Shown here: positions 55,760-64,000 of the stretch, one piece after another | How the letters are laid out: every line of letters starts with the position of its first letter | Numbering within the stretch: position 1 is the stretch's first letter | Source: an uncultured Alphaproteobacteria bacterium | GTDB lineage: Bacteria > Pseudomonadota > Alphaproteobacteria > Paracaedibacterales > JAKBAR01 | Length of the DNA: 64,000 nucleotides | Direction of reading: 5' to 3' | Assembly (NCBI GenBank): GCA_937896365.1 | Contig: CALBMH010000060.1 | Span: forward strand, 1,200 to 65,199 | The notes under the pieces: model-generated | The model's database searches: none | Seen by the model: the letters and a program-made list of their open reading frames with translations, nothing else | What the model was told of the DNA's origin: nothing | Program-made: the position numbers and the translations under genes

Positions 55760-56782
55760 ATGCGAAAAATACTCCTTTTTTCAACAATATTAAGTACGAT
55801 AACATGCCTCACAGCACAAGATATTCCTTTTGAGGCTTACAAAGCCAAAGTGAGGGAACAAAGGTCTGATAAAGCGAGCTTTCTCAAAAAGGATAAAATG
55901 AAGATAAAGAGGCGCTCTTCTCCGAGAAAAATGACGCTTTGGACGCAATATTATTATGCTCGTTTTAAGGATCGTATGGGTGTCACACCACTGCGTGGTC
56001 AATATAACTACGAGTTCCTTGGCGCACACTATAAAGTGAAACCGTGGCTGCACTTAGGTGGGTTTTTTACTCTTTCGCAGAGTTACAGCAAAAAGACTTC
56101 TCCTTATACAAGTACTTTTGGTGTGAGGCAGGAAATTGCTGCACGTGCACGGCTCTACGAAGTCGGGTTTAATCCTTATCTTGGGTGGCAAGCTACAAAG
56201 CATTTCTATATTGACGCAACCTTTGGTGTGTATTATGGCAATAACAAAGTGCAGAGAAACCTAGCTGATGCCAATGCAGGCGGGGAGAATCCAACACCCC
56301 CAGAAACAACGACCATAGCAACGCCAAAATCCCATCGTCTGTCAGGAGGCCTATTTGTCACTTATACGCGCCCTTTCAAAAAAGTCTATATTCAAGGGCA
56401 ATTTGGATATAACCATTCAACCATTAAACGTTATGGTTATCAAATAAGAGGTACCTTTACAGATCCTGCTGAGAGCGTGGGTAGGAAAACATTTGTTATC
56501 GGGACGCTAAGCGGCATAGCCCGCTTCGGGTATCTGAGTAGTATTCATATGAATCCTTATATCGAGGTAGGAGCGAATACCTATACGAATAAGGTTGAGT
56601 ATCTGCAAGAAACTCTTACAGAGTCACCAAGAAAACGCAATCCCTGGGGATATATGATTGGGGCAGGGATTCGATTTTCTTCCAAAAAGGGCCTCAGTTC
56701 TGGTATCTATGCGAGACAGTATCAAGGACATACGCGCCTAAAATCCAATATATTTGCTGTGGACTTGAATGTTTCATTATAA
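55760..56782 (+). CDS. Outer-membrane beta-barrel protein (autotransporter beta-domain-like, no passenger)
   Basis: 340 aa. Signal peptide MRKILLFSTILSTITCLTA, then alternating aromatic/Gly beta-strand pattern (YEVGFNPYLGW, FYIDATFGVYYG, LSGGLFVTY, YIQGQFGYNH, GYMIGAGIRF). Confidence 0.5.
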   Translation: MRKILLFSTILSTITCLTAQDIPFEAYKAKVREQRSDKASFLKKDKMKIKRRSSPRKMTLWTQYYYARFKDRMGVTPLRGQYNYEFLGAHYKVKPWLHLGGFFTLSQSYSKKTSPYTSTFGVRQEIAARARLYEVGFNPYLGWQATKHFYIDATFGVYYGNNKVQRNLADANAGGENPTPPETTTIATPKSHRLSGGLFVTYTRPFKKVYIQGQFGYNHSTIKRYGYQIRGTFTDPAESVGRKTFVIGTLSGIARFGYLSSIHMNPYIEVGANTYTNKVEYLQETLTESPRKRNPWGYMIGAGIRFSSKKGLSSGIYARQYQGHTRLKSNIFAVDLNVSL

Positions 56783-56797
56783 AGTAAAGGAAATTAG

Positions 56798-57088
56798 ATG
56801 TTTAAACTTATTTTATCTTTTTTATTGTCTTTGGGGACAAATCTCCAGGCCTTAACCCCTATGTTTCCGGTGGATGGAGGAGACGAGTCGATTGCTGAAC
56901 CTGGTTTTTCAGGTGAAGAGGGTCAAGAAAATGATCTCGACACGGTTGAAAGCCCCGGATTCGTCTATAGTGAGATGAATCCGGGTGCAACGGGGGATGT
57001 GAATGAGCCAATCATTCCACCCTCTCCGCCACAGCCACCTCTTCCGCCGCTCCCTCCCGTGCCGGATCCGGATCTTGAGCCTCTTTAG
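56798..57088 (+). CDS. Small acidic secreted protein with polyproline C-terminus
   Basis: 96 aa. Signal-like MFKLILSFLLSLGTNLQA, D/E-rich middle, C-terminal IIPPSPPQPPLPPLPPVPDPDLEPL. It starts 15 nt after the barrel gene stop. Confidence 0.5.
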   Translation: MFKLILSFLLSLGTNLQALTPMFPVDGGDESIAEPGFSGEEGQENDLDTVESPGFVYSEMNPGATGDVNEPIIPPSPPQPPLPPLPPVPDPDLEPL

Positions 57089-57160
57089 AGATTCCGAGTG
57101 GTGCTATAACTTAATGGGGTGTGTTCTATTGAATCCTTGACGAGAAATCTTTTTGAAGTT

Positions 57161-58045
57161 TTAGCTCAATCGCGTCATCACATACGTAGGATGTGCATCG
57201 TAGATACGATAAAGAGCGTGGGCTTCTTCGGGAGTTTTAAGGCGGTGGATGCCGCTTAGGATAAAAAGAGAATCGATATGGGCATTCTTAGCTCCCTTAA
57301 TATCTGTACGCAGTGAGTCTCCGATCATAAGAACCTTTGTAAGATCTTTAGCGCCAATACAATCAAGGAGTCTGTTATATGTATTTGGGGAAGGTTTCCC
57401 ATGATAGCGCACAGTGCCGCCCATCTTTTCATACTCTTTAGCAATACGTCCTGCACAGATGGCCTCCTTATCATCGTAAAGCACAACCAAATCAGGATTA
57501 GCACAAACCATAGGAAGCTTGCGTGCGATACCGATCTGAAGATCAGGAACGTACCGTTCGAGGGTATCTTCGAAGAAAAGCGTACCTGTGTTCAAAATAA
57601 AATCAGCCTCATCGATGGGACTGGATTGATAATCATTCTCCAAGCCTGTATAAAGGCTCTTATCCTTTTCGGGACCCATGTGATAGAGCTTGTTGCCAAG
57701 GTTTTGATAATAAGTGTCCGGACGATTCTTAAGATGTTCAAAAGTCTCTTCGCCTGATGTGGAAATATCACTATAGAGATGGCGTGGCACCCCTCGCTCA
57801 ACGAGCTGAGCTATGGCTGCTACTTTACGGCGGGGGGCGTTGGAGAGAAAATAGACCGGCTTTTGTCGCTCTTTAAGATGGCTTAAAATCTCAATGGCAC
57901 TAGGAAAAGCTTGATTTCCATTATGGACAACGCCCCACAGGTCAATAATAAAAAAGTCGTAGCGACTAAAAACTTCACGCAGACTTTGAAGGGCTTGCAC
58001 TGGTTTTTGGGATTGTATCTTTTGAGCGGGAAGGGTCATCATCAT
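57161..58045 (-). CDS. HAD-superfamily hydrolase, subfamily IIA
   Basis: FFIIDLWGVVHNG (DxWGV motif), YFLSNAPR, MIGDSLRTDIKGA. The MMM start cluster at 58045/58042/58039 is preferred to the track start at 58168. Confidence 0.82.
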   Translation of the reverse strand: MMMTLPAQKIQSQKPVQALQSLREVFSRYDFFIIDLWGVVHNGNQAFPSAIEILSHLKERQKPVYFLSNAPRRKVAAIAQLVERGVPRHLYSDISTSGEETFEHLKNRPDTYYQNLGNKLYHMGPEKDKSLYTGLENDYQSSPIDEADFILNTGTLFFEDTLERYVPDLQIGIARKLPMVCANPDLVVLYDDKEAICAGRIAKEYEKMGGTVRYHGKPSPNTYNRLLDCIGAKDLTKVLMIGDSLRTDIKGAKNAHIDSLFILSGIHRLKTPEEAHALYRIYDAHPTYVMTRLS

Positions 58046-58421
58046 TATTATTCTCTTTTTTCTCAGGGATTGACTGGGAAACCTCAGGTTTCGGTGGTTC
58101 TCGGGATGGGGGCGAGGTTGTCGAGAAATTCTCCACAATCCACTGCGCTGCCTTGAATCCATTATCACAGGATTGCCTGGAAAGATAGATTTCTTTGATA
58201 TCCTGTGATTTTTTTAATACGCTTAAAGCGACCTCAAGGTTCAAAATAATCTTTTGGAATGTTACTTCCACTTCTTTATCCGAAAAAGCCAAGAGGGCTT
58301 TTTTAAGGAAATCGATATGGGCCTCACACCGTTTCATCGCTACTTCTTGTGTGAGAGAGAGGGCAGGGGTGTAGCAACAAAAAAACCCTAAACCTAGAAA
58401 AAAAGCGTGGATTTTTATCAC
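57975..58421 (-). CDS. Hypothetical small secreted protein with disordered C-terminus
   Basis: 148 aa. Signal-like MIKIHAFFLGLGFFCCYTPALS; P/S/K/D-rich tail. The 3' end overlaps the HAD gene start by about 70 nt in another frame. Confidence 0.4.
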   Translation of the reverse strand: MIKIHAFFLGLGFFCCYTPALSLTQEVAMKRCEAHIDFLKKALLAFSDKEVEVTFQKIILNLEVALSVLKKSQDIKEIYLSRQSCDNGFKAAQWIVENFSTTSPPSREPPKPEVSQSIPEKKENNNDDDPSRSKDTIPKTSASPSKSA

Positions 58422-58457
58422 TGGTCTAGTTCCTCCAAAAATTTCATCACCAGCCCC

Positions 58458-59912
58458 CTAGTTCTTCCAGAAACTAGGTAAGAACAGAACAAGAATTGTC
58501 AAAAGCTCGAGCCGACCGAGAAGCATACCGATCATAAGGCCAAGCTTTGGCCCCATGGTAAGAGATGAAAATGATCCTGAAGGTCCAATCACTTTTCCAA
58601 CACCGACGCCAAGATTACTCATAGCCCCGACGGCTCCTGTAAAAGCCGTTGTAAAGTCTAAATCAAAAAAGCTTAGAATTAATGCCAAGATAAATGTGCA
58701 CATGATATATAAAGTCATAAAAATAAATATCGACAAAGAGATGTTTTCAGAAAGTTTTTGCCCTTTGAAAGTGGGAATATAAACGCCGTGAACACGACGT
58801 AGTTGCCTGAGATGGGAGAGAGCAAAACTGAAAAAAATCTGTACACGAAAGATTTTAATTCCCCCACTTGTGGAGCCTGTACACCCGCCGATCATCCCCA
58901 AAATCACCATCAGCATTCCTGGAAAACTACCCCAGACTGTATAATCAGCAATGAAAAATCCCGTTGTTGTCGTAATGGAAATAACACTAAAAAACCCCTG
59001 TCTAAGAGCGACAAGGAATGTGACATTATTCATGCTAAAATGCCATAAGCTAAGAAGGGTGCCCGAGAGGAGAAGAGTGATTAAGTAAACGCGGTATTGG
59101 GGGTCACGTATAAGACTTTGTGCATCTTTTTGCCAGGCTTTTACATAAAGAATGAGTGTTCCCCCTCCCAAAGTCATAAAAACCATCAGTACAAGTTCTA
59201 TTTGCCAGCTATGAAAGGCTTGAATCGACGTATCACGCGTGCTTAATCCCCCTGTGGAGAGCGTCGCCATGGAATGACACACGGCATTGAAAAAGTCCAT
59301 ACCGGCCATATAAAGAAAAAAAAGACAAAGAAGCGTGAGTGTGGAGTAAACAGCAAAAATCCCTGTGGCTATTTGAGATACACGGGGAAGAATTTTTTCA
59401 GAACGATCGGAAAATTCACTCCTAAAAAGATGCATCCCACCTATACGCAAAATCGGGAAAATAATCATCGCCATAACGATAATCCCGATGCCTCCCAACC
59501 ATTGCAGCATGGCGCGCCACAAAAGAATGGATTTTGGCATGCTATCCAAGCCTATCAAAATTGTGGCTCCCGTTGTGGTAAGAGCCGATGTGGCCTCAAA
59601 GAGAGCATCCGTAAAGACGATATGCAATGAACTGAAATAAAAGGGAAGTGATGATACAAGAGAGCCAACAATCCACAAAGTCGTCGTAAACAGAAAAGCT
59701 TCTCGCACACCAAGAGCGATGGCGTGATGAGGTTGATTGGATACGAAGAGCAATGTTCCTGCCAGGCCACAAATGAAACTTGACACAGCAAACTCTTGCC
59801 AGTGATGGCCTTCATAAAAAAAATAATCTAAGGAAAGCGGTGCAAGCATTAAAGCCGCTATTAACGACAATAAGATACCTAGAAGGAATAAAACAGTGCG
59901 CACATCTAACAT
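58458..59912 (-). CDS. trkH: Potassium uptake protein TrkH
   Basis: 484 aa, polytopic, with repeated pore-loop motifs (SALTTTGATI, LSTGGLST, ITTTTGF, GSTSGGIKIFR). Confidence 0.9.
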   Translation of the reverse strand: MLDVRTVLFLLGILLSLIAALMLAPLSLDYFFYEGHHWQEFAVSSFICGLAGTLLFVSNQPHHAIALGVREAFLFTTTLWIVGSLVSSLPFYFSSLHIVFTDALFEATSALTTTGATILIGLDSMPKSILLWRAMLQWLGGIGIIVMAMIIFPILRIGGMHLFRSEFSDRSEKILPRVSQIATGIFAVYSTLTLLCLFFLYMAGMDFFNAVCHSMATLSTGGLSTRDTSIQAFHSWQIELVLMVFMTLGGGTLILYVKAWQKDAQSLIRDPQYRVYLITLLLSGTLLSLWHFSMNNVTFLVALRQGFFSVISITTTTGFFIADYTVWGSFPGMLMVILGMIGGCTGSTSGGIKIFRVQIFFSFALSHLRQLRRVHGVYIPTFKGQKLSENISLSIFIFMTLYIMCTFILALILSFFDLDFTTAFTGAVGAMSNLGVGVGKVIGPSGSFSSLTMGPKLGLMIGMLLGRLELLTILVLFLPSFWKN

Positions 59913-60023
59913 GAGGAAGGTGCTTCACGCCTCACTCAAAAGACTTTTACTGAAATGTAAGCTAAATAGGATAAACATACAAATGAATTCGAAATTTGGT
60001 ATCCCTGCATGAAAAGAAGAGCC

Positions 60024-62045
60024 TTATGCCCATGGTCTCGTATATTTGGGGGTAATGATTTTGATCGAACCATCCGAAAGCCAGATACCGTAGATATCTT
60101 GTTTGAGGTTGCCTCGATGAATAAGGCGGATACCACGCCGGTGAAGTGTTGCTTCACACTGTTTGGGAAGATACCCTGTCGTGATGTAGGCAGTCAGGGT
60201 TGTGTCCCCACAAAGATTATCCATTGTTTTTTGGGACGGTCGTCGGAGGTTGTTGTCGATCAGAACGATACTTCCCCATTGTACAATTGGTTTTTTCCAC
60301 ACCTCACGTTTCTTTAAACCCAAGTGCTTTTGCCAGATGTCCTGTTCAAACCAACCCTTTTCACCTGAGACAAAGAGCGTATCATCTCGTTTATAAGCAA
60401 TGACATTTTTAGAAATGAGAATATCGGGTGTGGGATTAATGCTAAATCCAACAAATCCTCCTATAATGCCTACGATACCCATATAGCGTATTTTTGTGTG
60501 CCATAAACAGAGCCATAGCCCTCCTGCAACGCACAAGAGAAGTGCCCACAAAGGTGGAGAAGGAATCAGGATCGCTGCTCCTGGAAGACTCGCAGTAAAA
60601 GAGGCAATCCCTCTAAGGAGCCGCAGATTCATATCAAAAACAGATAATATCCACTCGCTCCCTCCCCACAAAAGAGAAGTAGTCGCAAGAAATGCTGAGG
60701 GCATAACAAGTATACCCGTTAAAGGAATCGCAAGAACATTTCCAATAACAGCTTGCAGGGTGAAACGGTTGAAAAAGAAAATAGTGAAGGGCGTTGTAGC
60801 AAGGGTTGCGATAATTGTTGTTATAACGATGCCTGTAACATACGAAAATCCTTTGTGTATAAGGTTCCCGTAGCGACTCCATTCATAAAGGGTTTTCCAA
60901 CCCGACTCATAAAAAGCAATGAGGGCTGTAACAGCGGCGAAAGAAAGTTGAAAGCTTGCGGATAAAAGGCTTTCAGGTTTGATGATCAAAATAGCAAAAG
61001 CGGCAAACGCGAGGAGACGCATGGAAAGTGCTTGGCGGTCTAGTATAATTGCTATCATGGCCAAACTTGTCATCATAAAAGCCCGTTGGACGGGATAGCC
61101 TGAGCCTGAAATGAGCAAATAGCAAAAGGTCATGACAATGACGCTAAAAGCAGATATCTTTTTTATGGGAAAGCGCTCTACTACAGGAGGAATCAGTGCA
61201 AGGCTTCCTCGAAGGAGAAAGAAGACAAATCCTGCGATAATGCTTAAGTGAAGTCCTGAAATCGCCAAAATATGAGCAATGCCTGCGTCGACGAAGTTCT
61301 GGCGTACGTCTTTTGAAATAAAAGACCGGTCCCCTGTAATTAAAGCTGCGGCAATACCTGAAGTGTCTTTGGGGAGCTTTTGAGTCAGTGTTTGAGTCAG
61401 GAGGGCTCTGTAATAAGATAATTTTTCTTGGAGATCTGCTTGGGGGGGTAGGCTTATTTCTATAATATTTTTAACACTCCCTTGTGCGGATAACCCCTCA
61501 AAATAAGCATGACGCTTAAGATCAAGGCCGTTGGTATAGATAGCCCCTTGGAAAGGAAAGAGTGTTGCCTTGAGGATTACCATTATTCCAGGAGATAGAT
61601 CATGATTATGAGCTTTGAGCAGCGATTTATTTACTTTGAGACGTACTTTTTTAATCCTATCCCACGAGACATCTGGATAAGCATTCGTTCCATTTTTGAA
61701 CACGAGATTATGAAGAACAAAGCGAACAAAATTCTCCTTATCCTCCACATCCAAGAGAGTTCCTTGCATTGTGATGTCCTTGAGAAAATCATCGACCCTA
61801 TAGGTCTCCAGCTGATGGGTACGCCAAAAAGCGAGACAAAAGCCAAAGATAAGGAATGCTGCGCTGTGTAATCCATAGCTTTTAAGCGTATAAGCATTGC
61901 CGAGAAAGCCTGTGAAAGCGATAGAGAGAATAGCATAAACAAAGATTTGCTTTGGCTCGAACGGCAAGGAAAAGTAAACGCCTATTCCAACGCCAAGAGC
62001 GACAGGTAACCATAAGAATCTGCGTTTGGGGCTTTCGTTGAACAT
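60024..62045 (-). CDS. comEC: ComEC/Rec2 family DNA-internalisation channel protein
   Basis: 673 aa, polytopic. Hallmark IAHILAISGLHLSIIAG. Confidence 0.85.
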   Translation of the reverse strand: MFNESPKRRFLWLPVALGVGIGVYFSLPFEPKQIFVYAILSIAFTGFLGNAYTLKSYGLHSAAFLIFGFCLAFWRTHQLETYRVDDFLKDITMQGTLLDVEDKENFVRFVLHNLVFKNGTNAYPDVSWDRIKKVRLKVNKSLLKAHNHDLSPGIMVILKATLFPFQGAIYTNGLDLKRHAYFEGLSAQGSVKNIIEISLPPQADLQEKLSYYRALLTQTLTQKLPKDTSGIAAALITGDRSFISKDVRQNFVDAGIAHILAISGLHLSIIAGFVFFLLRGSLALIPPVVERFPIKKISAFSVIVMTFCYLLISGSGYPVQRAFMMTSLAMIAIILDRQALSMRLLAFAAFAILIIKPESLLSASFQLSFAAVTALIAFYESGWKTLYEWSRYGNLIHKGFSYVTGIVITTIIATLATTPFTIFFFNRFTLQAVIGNVLAIPLTGILVMPSAFLATTSLLWGGSEWILSVFDMNLRLLRGIASFTASLPGAAILIPSPPLWALLLCVAGGLWLCLWHTKIRYMGIVGIIGGFVGFSINPTPDILISKNVIAYKRDDTLFVSGEKGWFEQDIWQKHLGLKKREVWKKPIVQWGSIVLIDNNLRRPSQKTMDNLCGDTTLTAYITTGYLPKQCEATLHRRGIRLIHRGNLKQDIYGIWLSDGSIKIITPKYTRPWA

Positions 62046-62060
62046 GTGTTGTGGTTTAAT

Positions 62061-63551
62061 CTATTTGCACACCATGGACCACTTAATTTCCTTGGGTGTA
62101 TTGGCATTGAGCTCAAAGAGCGCAAAGAGAATAAGATCATTGCTACCCAAACACGTGGTGAGGTCAATGGTGATTTCATCAATTCCAGAGAAATGGAGCC
62201 TGTACCGGTTTCCTTTAGGATGAACAAGGGTTACTGATTTCGCATCGTGGGAAATGTGCGCTTGGAGTTTTTTGTCCAAGATAAAACGAAGAGAGCCATA
62301 AGCTTTTTGATTCACGCGCACTTTTTCACAAACCCGTAAATCGGTCTCTTTTGACACATAAAGCTCACGGGCTTGGAGATGATTTATGTCGTGAAGTTTG
62401 AGCTCAATGAAGGCATGATCATCGTCTTGTTGCTTATACGTGTGTGCCATAGAGCGGCTGTGAAAAGGGTGACCTTTTTGATTTTCAAGAATAACATCAC
62501 AATATTTTATCAGACGATCTTTTCCATGGGACCATTCAAACTGTAAATTTCCAGAAGACTGTAAAGGGTGGTTATGATAGCGGGTACGCAGGATCAGTAT
62601 ATTATTTTTAATGTGAAGACGTTCGAAACCTGCTTCTTCAGAACGAAGAGGATGGCGCCCCCTTACATCAGACAAAGCTAAGACCGTGTCGACCATAGGT
62701 GAAGAATACTGGCTAATTCCTGAGAGGGAAGATAATCTACCATCACCATGCCTAAAAAATCTGAGTGGTGGGACCATCTTTGTAATGACTTGTTGGAGCC
62801 TTGGAACGCGTTCCCCATTGTGGGTGAGGCGCATAAAATTACGAAGCTCAATGAGATGTTTTAAGATAGCAAGCTGGGGATCGACTTCTGAGGTTATAAA
62901 AAAACCATCCTTGAAGAGTGTGTTTTGAAGGTGCATGTGAAGGTGTTGAAGGTATGTACTATACTTTTTGTCGAGGGGAAAGCCATACGCTAAAGCGGCT
63001 AAGATCAAGCCCTTGAGCGCTGAAATCGATTCGTAACTGGGAGAAAGGGTGAGAGCAGAGGTATGTAAAAATGTGAATTGGTGATAAAAACTTTTGTAAA
63101 AGACACGCAGGAAAGCTTCATCAGCACTTTGGCCGAAGAATTCAAAATGGTGCAACCAATGTGACAGCCGTTCTCCCAAAATATGCGGTTGCCAGCCTAT
63201 ATGTTTGTAACTTGTTTGTTCTTTGATCCATGTGAGAATGCTTGATCGGATGAAACGTCGGCTCTGGTTATCACCTATGGTGCGAAGATCGCACAGCCAT
63301 GAAAACGAATGAAAATAAGGAGATTCTTTTGTTTCTGTGTCGTGCCATATTGTTTTTTGGGGATGACTGACCATACCTCCAAAACGATCAAGAAGCAGAT
63401 GGGCGCGTACGAAGTCTCCTGGCCATGGGTTGTTAGGGATAGACTTGAAAGAAAGTGTCGTTAGGTGAGATGATCTTAGAAAGAACGCAAAAGGGCTCGT
63501 ATTCACATATCTTTTGAAGCGAAAGAGAAGAGAAGCAGGAAGATCATCCAT
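62061..63551 (-). CDS. Heparinase II/III-like family protein
   Basis: 496 aa. N-terminal NNPWPGDFVRAHLLLD..FSWLCDLR and WQPHILGERLSHWL resemble the alphaproteobacterial heparinase II/III-like family. The call comes from memory of the family pattern only. Confidence 0.55.
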   Translation of the reverse strand: MDDLPASLLFRFKRYVNTSPFAFFLRSSHLTTLSFKSIPNNPWPGDFVRAHLLLDRFGGMVSHPQKTIWHDTETKESPYFHSFSWLCDLRTIGDNQSRRFIRSSILTWIKEQTSYKHIGWQPHILGERLSHWLHHFEFFGQSADEAFLRVFYKSFYHQFTFLHTSALTLSPSYESISALKGLILAALAYGFPLDKKYSTYLQHLHMHLQNTLFKDGFFITSEVDPQLAILKHLIELRNFMRLTHNGERVPRLQQVITKMVPPLRFFRHGDGRLSSLSGISQYSSPMVDTVLALSDVRGRHPLRSEEAGFERLHIKNNILILRTRYHNHPLQSSGNLQFEWSHGKDRLIKYCDVILENQKGHPFHSRSMAHTYKQQDDDHAFIELKLHDINHLQARELYVSKETDLRVCEKVRVNQKAYGSLRFILDKKLQAHISHDAKSVTLVHPKGNRYRLHFSGIDEITIDLTTCLGSNDLILFALFELNANTPKEIKWSMVCK

Positions 63552-63578
63552 GGAGTTTTATCAAGGTACGCAAAGAGT

Positions 63579-64000
63579 TTAAAAAGATTTAAAGTGTTGA
63601 ATGGCTTTTATATAGCTGGACTGCTTAAAGATAGCGCTTCCTGCCACGAGAACATTGGCTCCTGCTTCAACAATACGAGGGGCTGTCTCAGAAGTAAGGC
63701 CCCCATCAACGGCAAGATCGCAGCTAAGCTCCCTTTCGTCCAAGTAGTTGCGTACTTCGCGTATGCGTGCTAAGGAAGACAGAATAAAATCTTGCCCTCC
63801 AAATCCAGGATTAACACTCATGATGAGGATATAATCCAACATATCGATGACGGGATAAAGAAAGTCCAAGGGGGTTGCTGGGTTGAGAGCTAATCCCGTT
63901 TTGAGTTGTCTCTCTTTTATCTTGCTAAGGCTTCGATGGAGATGTTTTGTCGATTCAGGATGAATGATCAACGTATCAGCGCTGGCTGCGAACATATCAA
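63579..64000 (-). CDS. rpe: Ribulose-phosphate 3-epimerase (C-terminal part; N-terminus beyond the right edge)
   Basis: MSVNPGFGGQDFI, LAVDGGL, GANVLVAGSAIF. The reading frame stays open to position 64000. Confidence 0.9.
   Translation of the reverse strand, partial: DMFAASADTLIIHPESTKHLHRSLSKIKERQLKTGLALNPATPLDFLYPVIDMLDYILIMSVNPGFGGQDFILSSLARIREVRNYLDERELSCDLAVDGGLTSETAPRIVEAGANVLVAGSAIFKQSSYIKAIQHFKSF

Noticed and set aside
55458-55833. ORFs 55458..55805 (-) and 55525..55833 (+) covering the tRNA-Gln gene
   Set aside because: They read straight through a perfectly folding tRNA, so they are ORF-caller artefacts.

Overview
This 64-kb window looks like an A+T-leaning alphaproteobacterial chromosome. 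Lineage markers read from the ORFs are a class I lysyl-tRNA synthetase, an NDUFA12-family protein, a DUF2312/GapR-like protein, a separate atpI-B-E-F'-F F0 operon with both b and b' subunits, CtaA, and a class II B12-dependent ribonucleotide reductase. The many signal-peptide orphan proteins, an LRR protein and an orphan vgrG suggest a host-associated lifestyle, but that is inference. I call about 57 CDS, one tRNA (Gln-UUG) and one probable decayed pseudogene. I saw no rRNA, CRISPR array, transposase or integrase. Layout: (1) 1-21 kb holds the cheA hybrid kinase, orphan secreted proteins, znuC, nrdJ, a thiolase, photolyase, uvrA and the F0 operon. (2) 21.2-44.2 kb is a single-strand, tightly overlapping, visibly more A+T-rich surface-glycan locus of the ABC-transporter-dependent type, inserted between the atp operon and ctaA. 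It holds wzm plus two wzt paralogues, four glycosyltransferases, a hisH/hisF/WbuX-like acetamidino module, two AsnB-like amidotransferases, two methyltransferases, a TagF-like phosphotransferase and a LicC-like nucleotidyltransferase. It also has a fused nucleotidyltransferase/PPDK-like kinase gene translationally coupled to a C26 amidohydrolase gene. (3) 44-64 kb holds housekeeping genes (ctaA, pepP, lysK, trkH, comEC, rpe) mixed with accessory genes. The accessory genes are an LRR/coiled-coil secreted protein, a secreted protein with a heptanucleotide repeat in its signal peptide, and a vgrG plus His-rich MORN/YwqK-like pair beside tRNA-Gln. A passenger-less beta-barrel and a proline-rich mini-protein follow the tRNA. 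The best candidate for new biology is a possible phosphoramidate-type (MeOPN-like) or novel phospho-substituent pathway inside the glycan locus. The next best are the orphan vgrG islet and the candidate phase-variable secreted protein. All functional calls come from motif recognition by eye; no database search was run.
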